Shown here: positions 44,963 to 53,527 of the stretch, piece after piece
Numbering within the stretch: the first letter of the stretch is position 1
Layout: each line of letters starts with the position of its first letter
From: Eubacteriales bacterium
GTDB taxonomy: Bacteria; Bacillota; Clostridia; Oscillospirales; CAG-272
Length of the DNA stretch: 64,000 nucleotides
NCBI GenBank assembly: GCA_045649925.1
Contig: JAZRQS010000022.1
Location: 7,568 to 71,567 of the forward strand
Reading direction: 5' to 3'
Position numbers and translations under genes: made by a program
The notes under the pieces: model-generated
Databases searched by the model: none
The model's input: only the letters and a program-made list of their open reading frames with translations
What the model was told of the DNA's origin: nothing

Positions 44963-45838
44963 ATGAAGCTGACGGAAATTTTAAAGCGTGACGGACTATC
45001 TTTGTCATTTGAGGTTTTTCCTCCAAAGACGGACTCCGCCTTTGATAGCGTGAGCGAGGCGACACAGGAAATAGCAAAGCTGAAGCCGTCATTTATGAGC
45101 GTAACATACGGAGCAGGCGGAGGAACGAGCCGTTATACTCTCGACATTGCCAAGACGATAAAGCAGCAATACGGCGTGCCCACTATCGCACACCTGACCT
45201 GTGTGTCCTCTACTCGTGAGACTGTAGCCGAGAAAATTCGCGAGCTGAAGGAAGCGGGCATAGAAAACATTATGGCGCTCCGAGGCGACCTCACGCCGGA
45301 GCTTGCCTCCTCTGACCGCACGAAATGGGCGTACTGCCACGCCATAGACCTTATCCACGACATCAAATCGAGCGGAGAGGACTTCTGCATAGGTGGTGCG
45401 TGCTATCCTGAAATACACCCCGAAAGCGAAAATCAGAGAGAGGATATTCTGCACCTCAAGGAAAAGGTAGATGCGGGATGCGACTTTCTCACCACACAGA
45501 TGTTTTTTGACAACAACCTGCTCTACAGCTTTCTATACAAGATACGCGAATCAGGGATAACAGTACCCGTTATCCCCGGTGTCATGCCTATCACAAACGG
45601 CAACCAGATAGAGCGTGCGATAAAGCTTTCAGGCTCGTTTATGCCCCAGCGCTTCAAGGCGCTCGTAGACAGATTTGGGACAAGCCCCAACGCTATGAAA
45701 CAGGCAGGAATAGCCTATGCCACCGACCAGATAATCGACCTTTTTGCAAACGGCATCAAAAATGTGCACGTCTACTCAATGAACAAGCCTGATGTTGCAA
45801 GAGCCATACAGGCAAATCTGTCGGACATTCTCTCGTAA
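44963..45838 (+). CDS. metF: methylenetetrahydrofolate reductase
   Basis: Start at ATG 44963, 9 nt after AGGTG. SFEVFPPKT, SVTYGAGG, HLTC motifs. Confidence 0.9.
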   Translation: MKLTEILKRDGLSLSFEVFPPKTDSAFDSVSEATQEIAKLKPSFMSVTYGAGGGTSRYTLDIAKTIKQQYGVPTIAHLTCVSSTRETVAEKIRELKEAGIENIMALRGDLTPELASSDRTKWAYCHAIDLIHDIKSSGEDFCIGGACYPEIHPESENQREDILHLKEKVDAGCDFLTTQMFFDNNLLYSFLYKIRESGITVPVIPGVMPITNGNQIERAIKLSGSFMPQRFKALVDRFGTSPNAMKQAGIAYATDQIIDLFANGIKNVHVYSMNKPDVARAIQANLSDILS

Positions 45839-45840
45839 GC

Positions 45841-46455
45841 ATGACGTACATAAGAAAATACACGCCCCCACCTCCCGACATAAAAGAGGTGTTGCGCTAT
45901 GCGGGGGTAAAGAAAAACGACTGCGCAGACGAGCTTGTCCCCCTCGTCGAGCAATGCATAAGCGAAGCAGAAGGCGCATTTTCCTACAAGGTGTGCTACG
46001 CTGAATTTCATATAAAGCATTGCAAAGACGGCTTGGATTTAGGCTTTGCAAAAGAAAGCTCACACTCTCTGCAAAAAAACCTTGAAGGCTGTGAGAGCGT
46101 GATAGTATTTGTCGCAAGCGTCGGCTTTGAAATAGACAGAATGATAGCGAAGCATTCGTCACTCTCCCCTGCTCGTGCGCTGATTTTTCAGTCGCTTGGG
46201 GCAGAGCGGGCAGAGGCTCTTTGTGACTGCTTTTGCGATGATATGAAAAAAGAAAAGGCAGAATATGGCTACACCCTCTGCCCTCGCTTCAGCGCAGGCT
46301 ACGGAGACCTGCCCCTATCATTTCAGCGTGAGATATTCACCGCACTCGATGCACACAAGCACATCGGCGTCGCTCTTGGCGAAAACCTGCTTATGTCACC
46401 CTCAAAGTCGGTAAGCGCAATTATAGGCGTAAAAAAGCTCACACAAGCAAAGTAA
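45841..46455 (+). CDS. stand-alone methionine synthase reactivation (AdoMet-binding) domain protein
   Basis: 204 aa. RFSAGYGDLPLSFQREIF...MSPSKSVSAIIG matches the MetH C-terminal activation domain. Starts 2 nt after the metF stop. Confidence 0.8.
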   Translation: MTYIRKYTPPPPDIKEVLRYAGVKKNDCADELVPLVEQCISEAEGAFSYKVCYAEFHIKHCKDGLDLGFAKESSHSLQKNLEGCESVIVFVASVGFEIDRMIAKHSSLSPARALIFQSLGAERAEALCDCFCDDMKKEKAEYGYTLCPRFSAGYGDLPLSFQREIFTALDAHKHIGVALGENLLMSPSKSVSAIIGVKKLTQAK

Positions 46456-46503
46456 AACAACACAAAAAGTAAACTTTAATTTACAAAAAGACAGGATATA
46501 CTA

Positions 46504-48918
46504 ATGAAAATCACTGATTTTTTGAAGGACAATATACTATTCCTTGACGGAGGCATGGGCACTATCCTGCACTCTCAGGGGCTGATGCCCGGCGAGCTTC
46601 CTGAAAGATGGTGCATCTCTCACCCTGAGGTGATAAAAAGCGTGCATCGTGCCTATTTTGACGCGGGTAGCAATGTGGTAAACACCAACACCTTTGGCGC
46701 AAGCACCTTGAAATTCTCACCCGATGAGCTTGAAGAAATAGTGCGCGAGGCGATAAAATGCGCACGTGAGGCGTCTCGTGAGAGCAAGGGCGAGCAGGAG
46801 AAATTTGTCGCACTTGACATAGGTCCGCTTGGCAGAATGCTCAAGCCATACGGCGACCTTGACTTTGAGGACGCAGTGAAAATCTTTTCCGACACCATAT
46901 CGCTCGGTGACAGATACGGCGCTGACCTTGTATTTATCGAGACGATGAATGATAGCTACGAGACGAAAGCGGCGCTCCTCGCCGCAAAGGAGACCACCTC
47001 CCTGCCTGTGTTTGTGTCAAATGCCTACGGCGATGACGGAAAGCTGATGACGGGGGCGAGCCCTCTGTCAATGGTGGCTATGCTCGAGGGCATGGGCGCA
47101 GACGCAATAGGCGTAAACTGCTCGCTCGGTCCACGCGCACTTTCCTCCGTTGTGCACGAGTATCTGAAAAACTCCTCCCTCCCCGTCATATTGAAGCCAA
47201 ATGCAGGGCTTCCTCGTGTCGAGGGTGGCAAAACGGTGTATGACGTCAGCGCAAGAGATTTTGCATGCGAGGTGCGCACTCTCGTTGAGGCGGGTGTGAG
47301 AATTGCAGGCGGGTGCTGTGGCACTACCCCCGAATATATTTCTGCACTTACGAGCGAATGCAAGGCGCTTTCCCCTGTCACAATAGAGAAAAAATCCACG
47401 ACAGTAGTTTCGTCATACACACACGCAGTCACGCTTGGCGAGCGCCCTGTGCTTATCGGCGAGCGCATAAACCCGACAGGAAAGAAAAAGCTCCGTGCGG
47501 CTCTCATTGACGGGGATATGGACTATGTTTTGAAGCAGGGACTTGAGCAAGAGCAAAACGGCGCACATATCCTTGACGTCAACGTAGGTCTGCCCGAGCT
47601 TGACGAGGATGCTGTGCTTATGCGCACTGTATGCGAGCTTCAGGCTATAATTGACCTGCCCCTGCAAATAGATACGGCAAGTCCTAGCGCTATGGAAAAG
47701 GCGCTCCGCCGCTACAACGGAAAGGCTATGATAAACTCCGTCAACGGCAAAAAGGAAAGCATGGACAAAATTTTCCCGCTTGTCAAAAAATACGGAGGCG
47801 TGGTCGTCGCACTCACGCTTGACGAAAACGGAATACCCGAAACGGCAGACGAGCGATTTGCTATAGCAGAGCGAATTCTTGCCGAGGCTAAAAAATACGG
47901 AATTGACAAAAAGGATATAATATTCGACACGCTCGCAATGACTGTGAGCGCTGACAAAAGCGCTGCCCTCGAAACCCTGCGTGCGCTTTCGCTTATCCGC
48001 GAGAGGCTCGGCTGTCACACCTCACTCGGTGTGTCAAACGTGTCTTTCGGTCTGCCTGCGCGCGATGCCATAAACGGCACATTCTTTGCGCTCGCACTTA
48101 ACTGTGGCTTGAGTGCCGCTATAATGAACCCGTCCTCGCACGAGATGATGAAAACCTACTATTCCTATTGCGCTCTGACAGGACAAGACGAAAATTTTGA
48201 AGAATACATTTCCCACTCTGACGAATTTTTGTCGCAAAAGACAACTCCCGTCGATCAAAAGCAGAGCGCACAAGACGAGTGCGACAGCGCAAGCTCACGC
48301 CTCAAATATGCGATAATAAAGGGCTTAAAGGAAAACGCCGCCACTCTTACCGAGGAGCTGCTAAAAGAAGCAGAGCCGATGGATATAGTGCAAAGCGAAG
48401 TCATTCCTGCCCTGAACACAGTAGGCGAGGGCTTTGAAAACAAGACTGTGTATCTGCCACAGCTCCTTATGAGCGCAGAAGCGGCAAAATGCGCCTTTGA
48501 GGTCATAAAATCTGCTATGCCAAAGGGCAGTTCAAATACAAACGGAGTATTCATACTTGCGACAGTAAAGGGCGATATCCACGATATAGGAAAGAATATT
48601 GTACGGCTTTTGCTCGAAAACTACGGCTTTGACGTGCGAGACCTCGGTCGTGATGTGCCTGCAGAGGATATAGTCAAGGCTACTGTAGAGCTACATGCGT
48701 CAGTCGTGGGCTTGAGCGCACTTATGACAACCACGGTACCTGCAATGCAGGAAACCATATCACTCCTGCGCGAGCGCGCACCTTGGTGCAAGGTGGTAGT
48801 GGGAGGCGCTGTGCTCACACAGGAATATGCAGACACGATCGGCGCCGACTTCTACGCCCGCGATGCGATGGAGGGCGTGCGCTATGCGCAGTCTGTGTGC
48901 AAACAAGGCGAGCTCTGA
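46504..48918 (+). CDS. metH: methionine synthase (Hcy-, pterin-, B12-binding modules; no activation domain)
   Basis: 804 aa. GGCCGTTPEYI (Hcy domain), pterin-binding barrel, B12 motif GDIHDIGKNIV. Confidence 0.9.
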   Translation: MKITDFLKDNILFLDGGMGTILHSQGLMPGELPERWCISHPEVIKSVHRAYFDAGSNVVNTNTFGASTLKFSPDELEEIVREAIKCAREASRESKGEQEKFVALDIGPLGRMLKPYGDLDFEDAVKIFSDTISLGDRYGADLVFIETMNDSYETKAALLAAKETTSLPVFVSNAYGDDGKLMTGASPLSMVAMLEGMGADAIGVNCSLGPRALSSVVHEYLKNSSLPVILKPNAGLPRVEGGKTVYDVSARDFACEVRTLVEAGVRIAGGCCGTTPEYISALTSECKALSPVTIEKKSTTVVSSYTHAVTLGERPVLIGERINPTGKKKLRAALIDGDMDYVLKQGLEQEQNGAHILDVNVGLPELDEDAVLMRTVCELQAIIDLPLQIDTASPSAMEKALRRYNGKAMINSVNGKKESMDKIFPLVKKYGGVVVALTLDENGIPETADERFAIAERILAEAKKYGIDKKDIIFDTLAMTVSADKSAALETLRALSLIRERLGCHTSLGVSNVSFGLPARDAINGTFFALALNCGLSAAIMNPSSHEMMKTYYSYCALTGQDENFEEYISHSDEFLSQKTTPVDQKQSAQDECDSASSRLKYAIIKGLKENAATLTEELLKEAEPMDIVQSEVIPALNTVGEGFENKTVYLPQLLMSAEAAKCAFEVIKSAMPKGSSNTNGVFILATVKGDIHDIGKNIVRLLLENYGFDVRDLGRDVPAEDIVKATVELHASVVGLSALMTTTVPAMQETISLLRERAPWCKVVVGGAVLTQEYADTIGADFYARDAMEGVRYAQSVCKQGEL

Positions 48919-49037
48919 AGCAAAAGCAAGCCAATCCAAGCTGAATTTCAACAACCAAAATCAAAAAAGCACTTATGACAAACGGCTTTTCGCCATCATA
49001 AGTGCTTTTATTTTTGACTATATAAGTTTACAAAACA

Positions 49038-49514
49038 TCATTTGACCTGTTTTTTGGATATTATGTCGGCTACAGCCTTGCCCACATACTCCTCTATGCT
49101 CTCGCCAAGTGAGATAAGCTCCCTTATTCGAGTAGACGAAAGCGCAGAAAGCCTCGGGTCTGCGGGGAGTATGAGCGTGTCCACTCCGCTTTTCTCACGG
49201 TTGAACTCTGCCATTTTTTCCTCGTACTTAAAGTCCTCGTCACTTCTTGCGCCCTTGACTATACAGTCGATAGAGTTTTTTATGACATACTCGTACACCA
49301 TTCCATTGTCATATCCACACTTTACTCCTGTGAGATGCGAGGTCGCCGCGCGCATCATTTCCACACGCTCCTCGACGGAAAAGGTGTAGCTTTTATCGGG
49401 GTTGACAAATGCGATAAAATGCACCTCGTCAAACATCTCACGAGCGCGCTCCACTATATTCACATGACCGAGCGTAACGGGGTCAAAGCTACCCGTAACA
49501 AGCGCCCTTTTCAT
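49038..49514 (-). CDS. coaD: pantetheine-phosphate adenylyltransferase
   Basis: Start at Met 13 (AGGAGG RBS). GSFDPVTLGHVNIVERA. Confidence 0.9.
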   Translation of the reverse strand: MKRALVTGSFDPVTLGHVNIVERAREMFDEVHFIAFVNPDKSYTFSVEERVEMMRAATSHLTGVKCGYDNGMVYEYVIKNSIDCIVKGARSDEDFKYEEKMAEFNREKSGVDTLILPADPRLSALSSTRIRELISLGESIEEYVGKAVADIISKKQVK

Positions 49515-50080
49515 TATTCCTCCTCCTTCAAGACGAGAATGTTTATGCACACTCTGCCATAGCTGGCTGACTTCTTCACCTCAAAGCGAGATGCGAGCTC
49601 CTCCTTGCCCTCAAAGATGTTCGGGCTTCCGCTCTCGCAAACGAATATACATCTCGGTCTCGCTATCTCTGCTCGGAGAATTCTGTCAAGCGCATCTCCC
49701 ACACAGTTGTCAGCATAGGGAGGGTCAATGAAAATGAGGTCGTAGCTATCCTTGCCCGACGCCTTTCTCACATAGTTTCTGTAGTCGCTGACAAGAAAGC
49801 GTGACTCGTCGAAGAATTTCGCCTTTTGGGCATTCTTCTTCACTATATCCATCGCCTCACGAGCGCTATCCACAAACATACAGCTCTGCGCACCTCTCGA
49901 CATCGCCTCCAAGCCCATCTGTCCGCTTCCCGCAAACAAGTCGAGGACACGGCAACCCTCAATGTCAAACTGAATTGCAGAGAAGATAGCCTCCTTTATT
50001 TTTTCTGTAGTGGGGCGTGTGTTTTCCCCTTCAAGAGTTTCGAGCCTTACGCCCTTTCTTGTTCCCGTAATAATTCTCAT
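49514..50080 (-). CDS. rsmD: 16S rRNA (guanine966-N2)-methyltransferase
   Basis: 188 aa. DLFAGSGQMGLEAMSRGA, IFIDPPY. Confidence 0.85.
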   Translation of the reverse strand: MRIITGTRKGVRLETLEGENTRPTTEKIKEAIFSAIQFDIEGCRVLDLFAGSGQMGLEAMSRGAQSCMFVDSAREAMDIVKKNAQKAKFFDESRFLVSDYRNYVRKASGKDSYDLIFIDPPYADNCVGDALDRILRAEIARPRCIFVCESGSPNIFEGKEELASRFEVKKSASYGRVCINILVLKEEE

Positions 50081-50098
50081 ACAAACCTCTGTAAACTT

Positions 50099-51922
50099 TT
50101 ATTTACTAAAATGTCTTATTATATTCTCTGCATCTGCTCTTGTTATTCCCGACACCGACGCTATATCGTCGACGCTTGCCGACGACAGGTTCCTGATGCT
50201 ACCGAAAGCATTGAGCAGTATTTTCGCCTTTTTGTCGCCTATTCCCTTTATCTCGCACAATGATGAGCGACGGAGCGAGCGTCTTTTCGCCCCTGTCGAG
50301 TGCTTTACGGCAAAGCGATGCGCCTCCTCCTGTATGCGATAGATAAGCGTGTAGAGCATCTGCTCGTGGGCGATGCCAAACTCGTTATGCTCGTCACAAA
50401 GAGTACGAGTCTTGTGGTGCTCGTCCTTTACCATGCCGAAAATAGCTATATCCAAGCCCATATCCTCAAGCACCCCTCTTCCTACGCCGACATGAGTGTG
50501 ACCTCCGTCAAGCAGAATAAGGTCAGGGCGCTGACCGAGTGAGGAGCTGTCCTCGCCTATATGGGCAAGCCTGCGGGAGAGCACCTCTCTCATAGCTCCG
50601 TAATCGTCGACACCCTCTGTGTTTTCTATCTTGAAAACACGATAGTCCGACTTTTTCATTTTCTTGTCGCTATACACCACCATTGATGCGGTGATATGCT
50701 CTTTTCCGATGTTGGAAATATCGTATGCCTCTATGCGTTCAGGCAATACCTCAAGGCACAAGGTCTTGGCGAGCAGTAGCAATGCCCTGTCCTCACGCTC
50801 GACGTCGTTTTTGTACCTCTCTGCCCTCTCGCGCGCATTTTTCTCTGCCATCTCGCAGAGCCTCTTGCTCTCTCCTCGCTTGGGCATATCCACCGATACC
50901 TTTTTGCCACGCCTTGAATGCAACAGCCCACAAAGAGCGGACCTGTCCTCTTCCTCAAGCTCAAAGCCGAGGAGCAGACGGGAGGGGGTGCGGGAGTTGT
51001 CCGCATAATACGAGCACAGAAACGCCGACACAGACGGAGAATCCACGCACTCGTCGGAGGAAAAGAGAAAGTCGTTTTTTGACGTGAGCTTTCCCTCTTG
51101 TATAGACAAAACCGATATAACTCCGCACACCTCGTCACGATAAAGCGCTATCGCATCGCACTCGCAGTCCTCGTCGGTGACTATCTTCTGCTTTACGCTG
51201 AGCTTACGGAGGGCAAAAATACTGTCTCGGCATCTCGCCGCCTCCTCAAAAAGCTCACTCTCGGCGTAGCTGTGCATGTTTTTTTCAAGCTCGGCTATCG
51301 CCTCTGATGTGTTTCCCGACAAGACCCTTTTCGCACCCCTTATCAGCTCGGCGTGCTCCTCTTTTGTCACTCTGCCGTCGCAGGGGGTACAGCATCTGCC
51401 CATCTGGCTATAGAGGCAGGGGCGCTCCTTTCCTATGTCACGAGGAAACACTCTCTTGCATACGGGCAGGCGGAAAATTCGCCTTACCGCATCGACAGCG
51501 GAATACGCCTCTGAAATGCCTGTATACGGACCGTAGAAATCTCCCTCACCCTTGCGCTCACGCGTTACGATTATTCTCGGAAATTCCTCGTCTGACACCT
51601 TTATATAGGGATAGGACTTTGAGTCCTTCAGCTTTATGTTGTACTTTGGGGAGTGCTTTTTGATAAGCACATTTTCAAGGGACAGCGCCTCTATCTCGCT
51701 GTCGCACAGGATATAGTCGAAGTCCTCCACGCAAGACACCATTTTTTCGGTCTTGTAGGAGTGGGAGGCGCCGATAAAATAACTGGATACACGATTTCGG
51801 AGCGCCTTTGACTTACCGACATATATTACGCCTCCGTCCTTGCCGCGCATGAGGTAGACACCTGGGCACAAAGGAAGCGTCGCCGCCTTTTCACGCAGTC
51901 TTATTATCTTGTCTGTCGCCAT
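50099..51922 (-). CDS. uvrC: excinuclease ABC subunit C
   Basis: 607 aa. GIY-YIG N-terminus (GVYLMR...GVIYVGKS), UVR domain, C-terminal HhH. Confidence 0.95.
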   Translation of the reverse strand: MATDKIIRLREKAATLPLCPGVYLMRGKDGGVIYVGKSKALRNRVSSYFIGASHSYKTEKMVSCVEDFDYILCDSEIEALSLENVLIKKHSPKYNIKLKDSKSYPYIKVSDEEFPRIIVTRERKGEGDFYGPYTGISEAYSAVDAVRRIFRLPVCKRVFPRDIGKERPCLYSQMGRCCTPCDGRVTKEEHAELIRGAKRVLSGNTSEAIAELEKNMHSYAESELFEEAARCRDSIFALRKLSVKQKIVTDEDCECDAIALYRDEVCGVISVLSIQEGKLTSKNDFLFSSDECVDSPSVSAFLCSYYADNSRTPSRLLLGFELEEEDRSALCGLLHSRRGKKVSVDMPKRGESKRLCEMAEKNARERAERYKNDVEREDRALLLLAKTLCLEVLPERIEAYDISNIGKEHITASMVVYSDKKMKKSDYRVFKIENTEGVDDYGAMREVLSRRLAHIGEDSSSLGQRPDLILLDGGHTHVGVGRGVLEDMGLDIAIFGMVKDEHHKTRTLCDEHNEFGIAHEQMLYTLIYRIQEEAHRFAVKHSTGAKRRSLRRSSLCEIKGIGDKKAKILLNAFGSIRNLSSASVDDIASVSGITRADAENIIRHFSK

Positions 51923-51948
51923 AGTGTCCTCCCTTTTTTATAAAGTAT

Positions 51949-51982
51949 AGGGCTGTCGCCAAATGATGCGACAGCCCTACCG
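51949..51982 (-). terminator. hairpin after ptsH (weak U-tract)
   Basis: AGGGCTGTCGC...GCGACAGCCCT. On the minus strand it is followed by ATACTTTAT. Confidence 0.35.
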
Positions 51983-52012
51983 TATTAGGAGCGCTGGGCT
52001 CCGTATCCAAGC

Positions 52013-52276
52013 TTAATCGTGCAGCTCAGTTTCTATAAAGCTTGCAAGCGCCTTTATAGCATCCTTCTCGTCCTCACCGTCAGCCATAAGGGTAACGGTC
52101 ATTCCACCGACAACACCGAGTGAGAGAACGCCGAGCAAGCTCTTTGCGTTTACGCGTCTGTCATCCTTTTCTACCCATATAGATGAGCGGTAACTGTTAG
52201 CCTTCTGAATGAAGAATGTCGCAGGTCTTGCGTGAAGTCCTATAGTATTCTTTAAAGTTACATTTTGAGTAATCAT
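52013..52276 (-). CDS. ptsH: phosphocarrier protein HPr
   Basis: 87 aa. GLHARPA (His15) and AKSLLGVLSLG (Ser46). Confidence 0.9.
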   Translation of the reverse strand: MITQNVTLKNTIGLHARPATFFIQKANSYRSSIWVEKDDRRVNAKSLLGVLSLGVVGGMTVTLMADGEDEKDAIKALASFIETELHD

Positions 52277-52403
52277 GGCTTTTACCTCTCATTTTTTACT
52301 TACAAGAACAGTATAACAAAATATTTTGCCAAAAGCAATAGGAATTTTTTATTTTTGCTGATTTTTTAAAAAATTCTTCAAAATATTTAATAATACTCCT
52401 GCA

Positions 52404-52892
52404 TTAAAAAATCTCTATATTTGTGACATATATTTCAAAGCTCTGACAGCTCGACTTGACAGTCATCGTCATATTTGGCGCAATATAGGACACTCCTGAA
52501 AGAAAAAATCCTCCCTGTGTGCGCGCGCCGTGGCTTATCGCCACTGCCTCAACATCGTATAGTGTCCTTGACTTTACTGATTTTACTGTGCCGTCGGGGG
52601 CGACCACGCGCACATCTGACGGCCTCACGCTCACAGTATCCGCCATCACCTCGCCAAGCTCTATTCCCTCGCTCGTGTATAGCACAGGGTCAGAAAGCAG
52701 AGCATACGCTCCCTCAAGGGAAACGCCTCGTAGCTCGAAAACTATATCAGCCGACACAGCGTGCGAGCTCTCGCTATGCCTCTCACTTGCGCTATATCTC
52801 GCAAAAAGCCCTACGACGAAAAACAAAATCGATAAAATAATCACATAGTCGAGGTAGCTCAGTCTTTTTTTCGTGCGCTTACGACCTGACAT
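52404..52892 (-). CDS. membrane-anchored DUF4330-like protein
   Basis: 162 aa. Basic N-terminus plus one TM (YVIILSILFFVVGLF). Overlaps the upstream gene by 14 nt. Family call is tentative. Confidence 0.5.
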   Translation of the reverse strand: MSGRKRTKKRLSYLDYVIILSILFFVVGLFARYSASERHSESSHAVSADIVFELRGVSLEGAYALLSDPVLYTSEGIELGEVMADTVSVRPSDVRVVAPDGTVKSVKSRTLYDVEAVAISHGARTQGGFFLSGVSYIAPNMTMTVKSSCQSFEIYVTNIEIF

Positions 52893-53358
52893 TTTTCTCT
52901 CCTATCCCGACACAAACGCCAACACCACAAAAGTCGGGCAGGCGCAGGGGCATACTCTTTCCCACATATATACGATATGAGCCGATATGGACGAGTGCGC
53001 CGTCTCTGTCGCCTGACGATGAGACAGTTATATACACATCACTGTAGCCCTCAAGCTCGGAGAGCACCATCTCGTTTTTCTCGCTACTGTAATTTTCCGT
53101 CATTGCGGTGTGTAGCTCCACCCTCCCTACAGTGCCTATATTGTACTTGCCGACGGGGTCGGTCACGCTATCCCCCTCACGCACATGGAGAGCCACATCG
53201 TCACGAACAGCGCTTATCCTCACAGTATAAAAAATCGGCGCGCTCTCACCGTAGCAAAATGTCGTACCAAGCAGTGAGAAAAACGCGCCGAAAAGAATAA
53301 AAAGCGAAATTTTACGAAAAGCCCTGCATTTGCGACACTCCTTATACACGAATGTCAT
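52879..53358 (-). CDS. membrane-anchored hypothetical protein (DUF4330-like)
   Basis: 159 aa with one N-terminal TM. GAGGT RBS. Similar size and topology to its downstream partner. Confidence 0.45.
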   Translation of the reverse strand: MTFVYKECRKCRAFRKISLFILFGAFFSLLGTTFCYGESAPIFYTVRISAVRDDVALHVREGDSVTDPVGKYNIGTVGRVELHTAMTENYSSEKNEMVLSELEGYSDVYITVSSSGDRDGALVHIGSYRIYVGKSMPLRLPDFCGVGVCVGIGEKNVRS

Positions 53359-53527
53359 AAATACCTCGCTTTTAGTTTTTTATTTTTAGTATGAAGTTTA
53401 ATTGTCAACCAAAGTTTACAAAATGTCACATTTGCTTGTGACAAGCCTCCTTTTGAGCTTATGCGCAGGATATCTGTGCAACAATATTGATTAACAAAAG
53501 CCTTTTTGTGCCCAAAATCGTCAAGTA

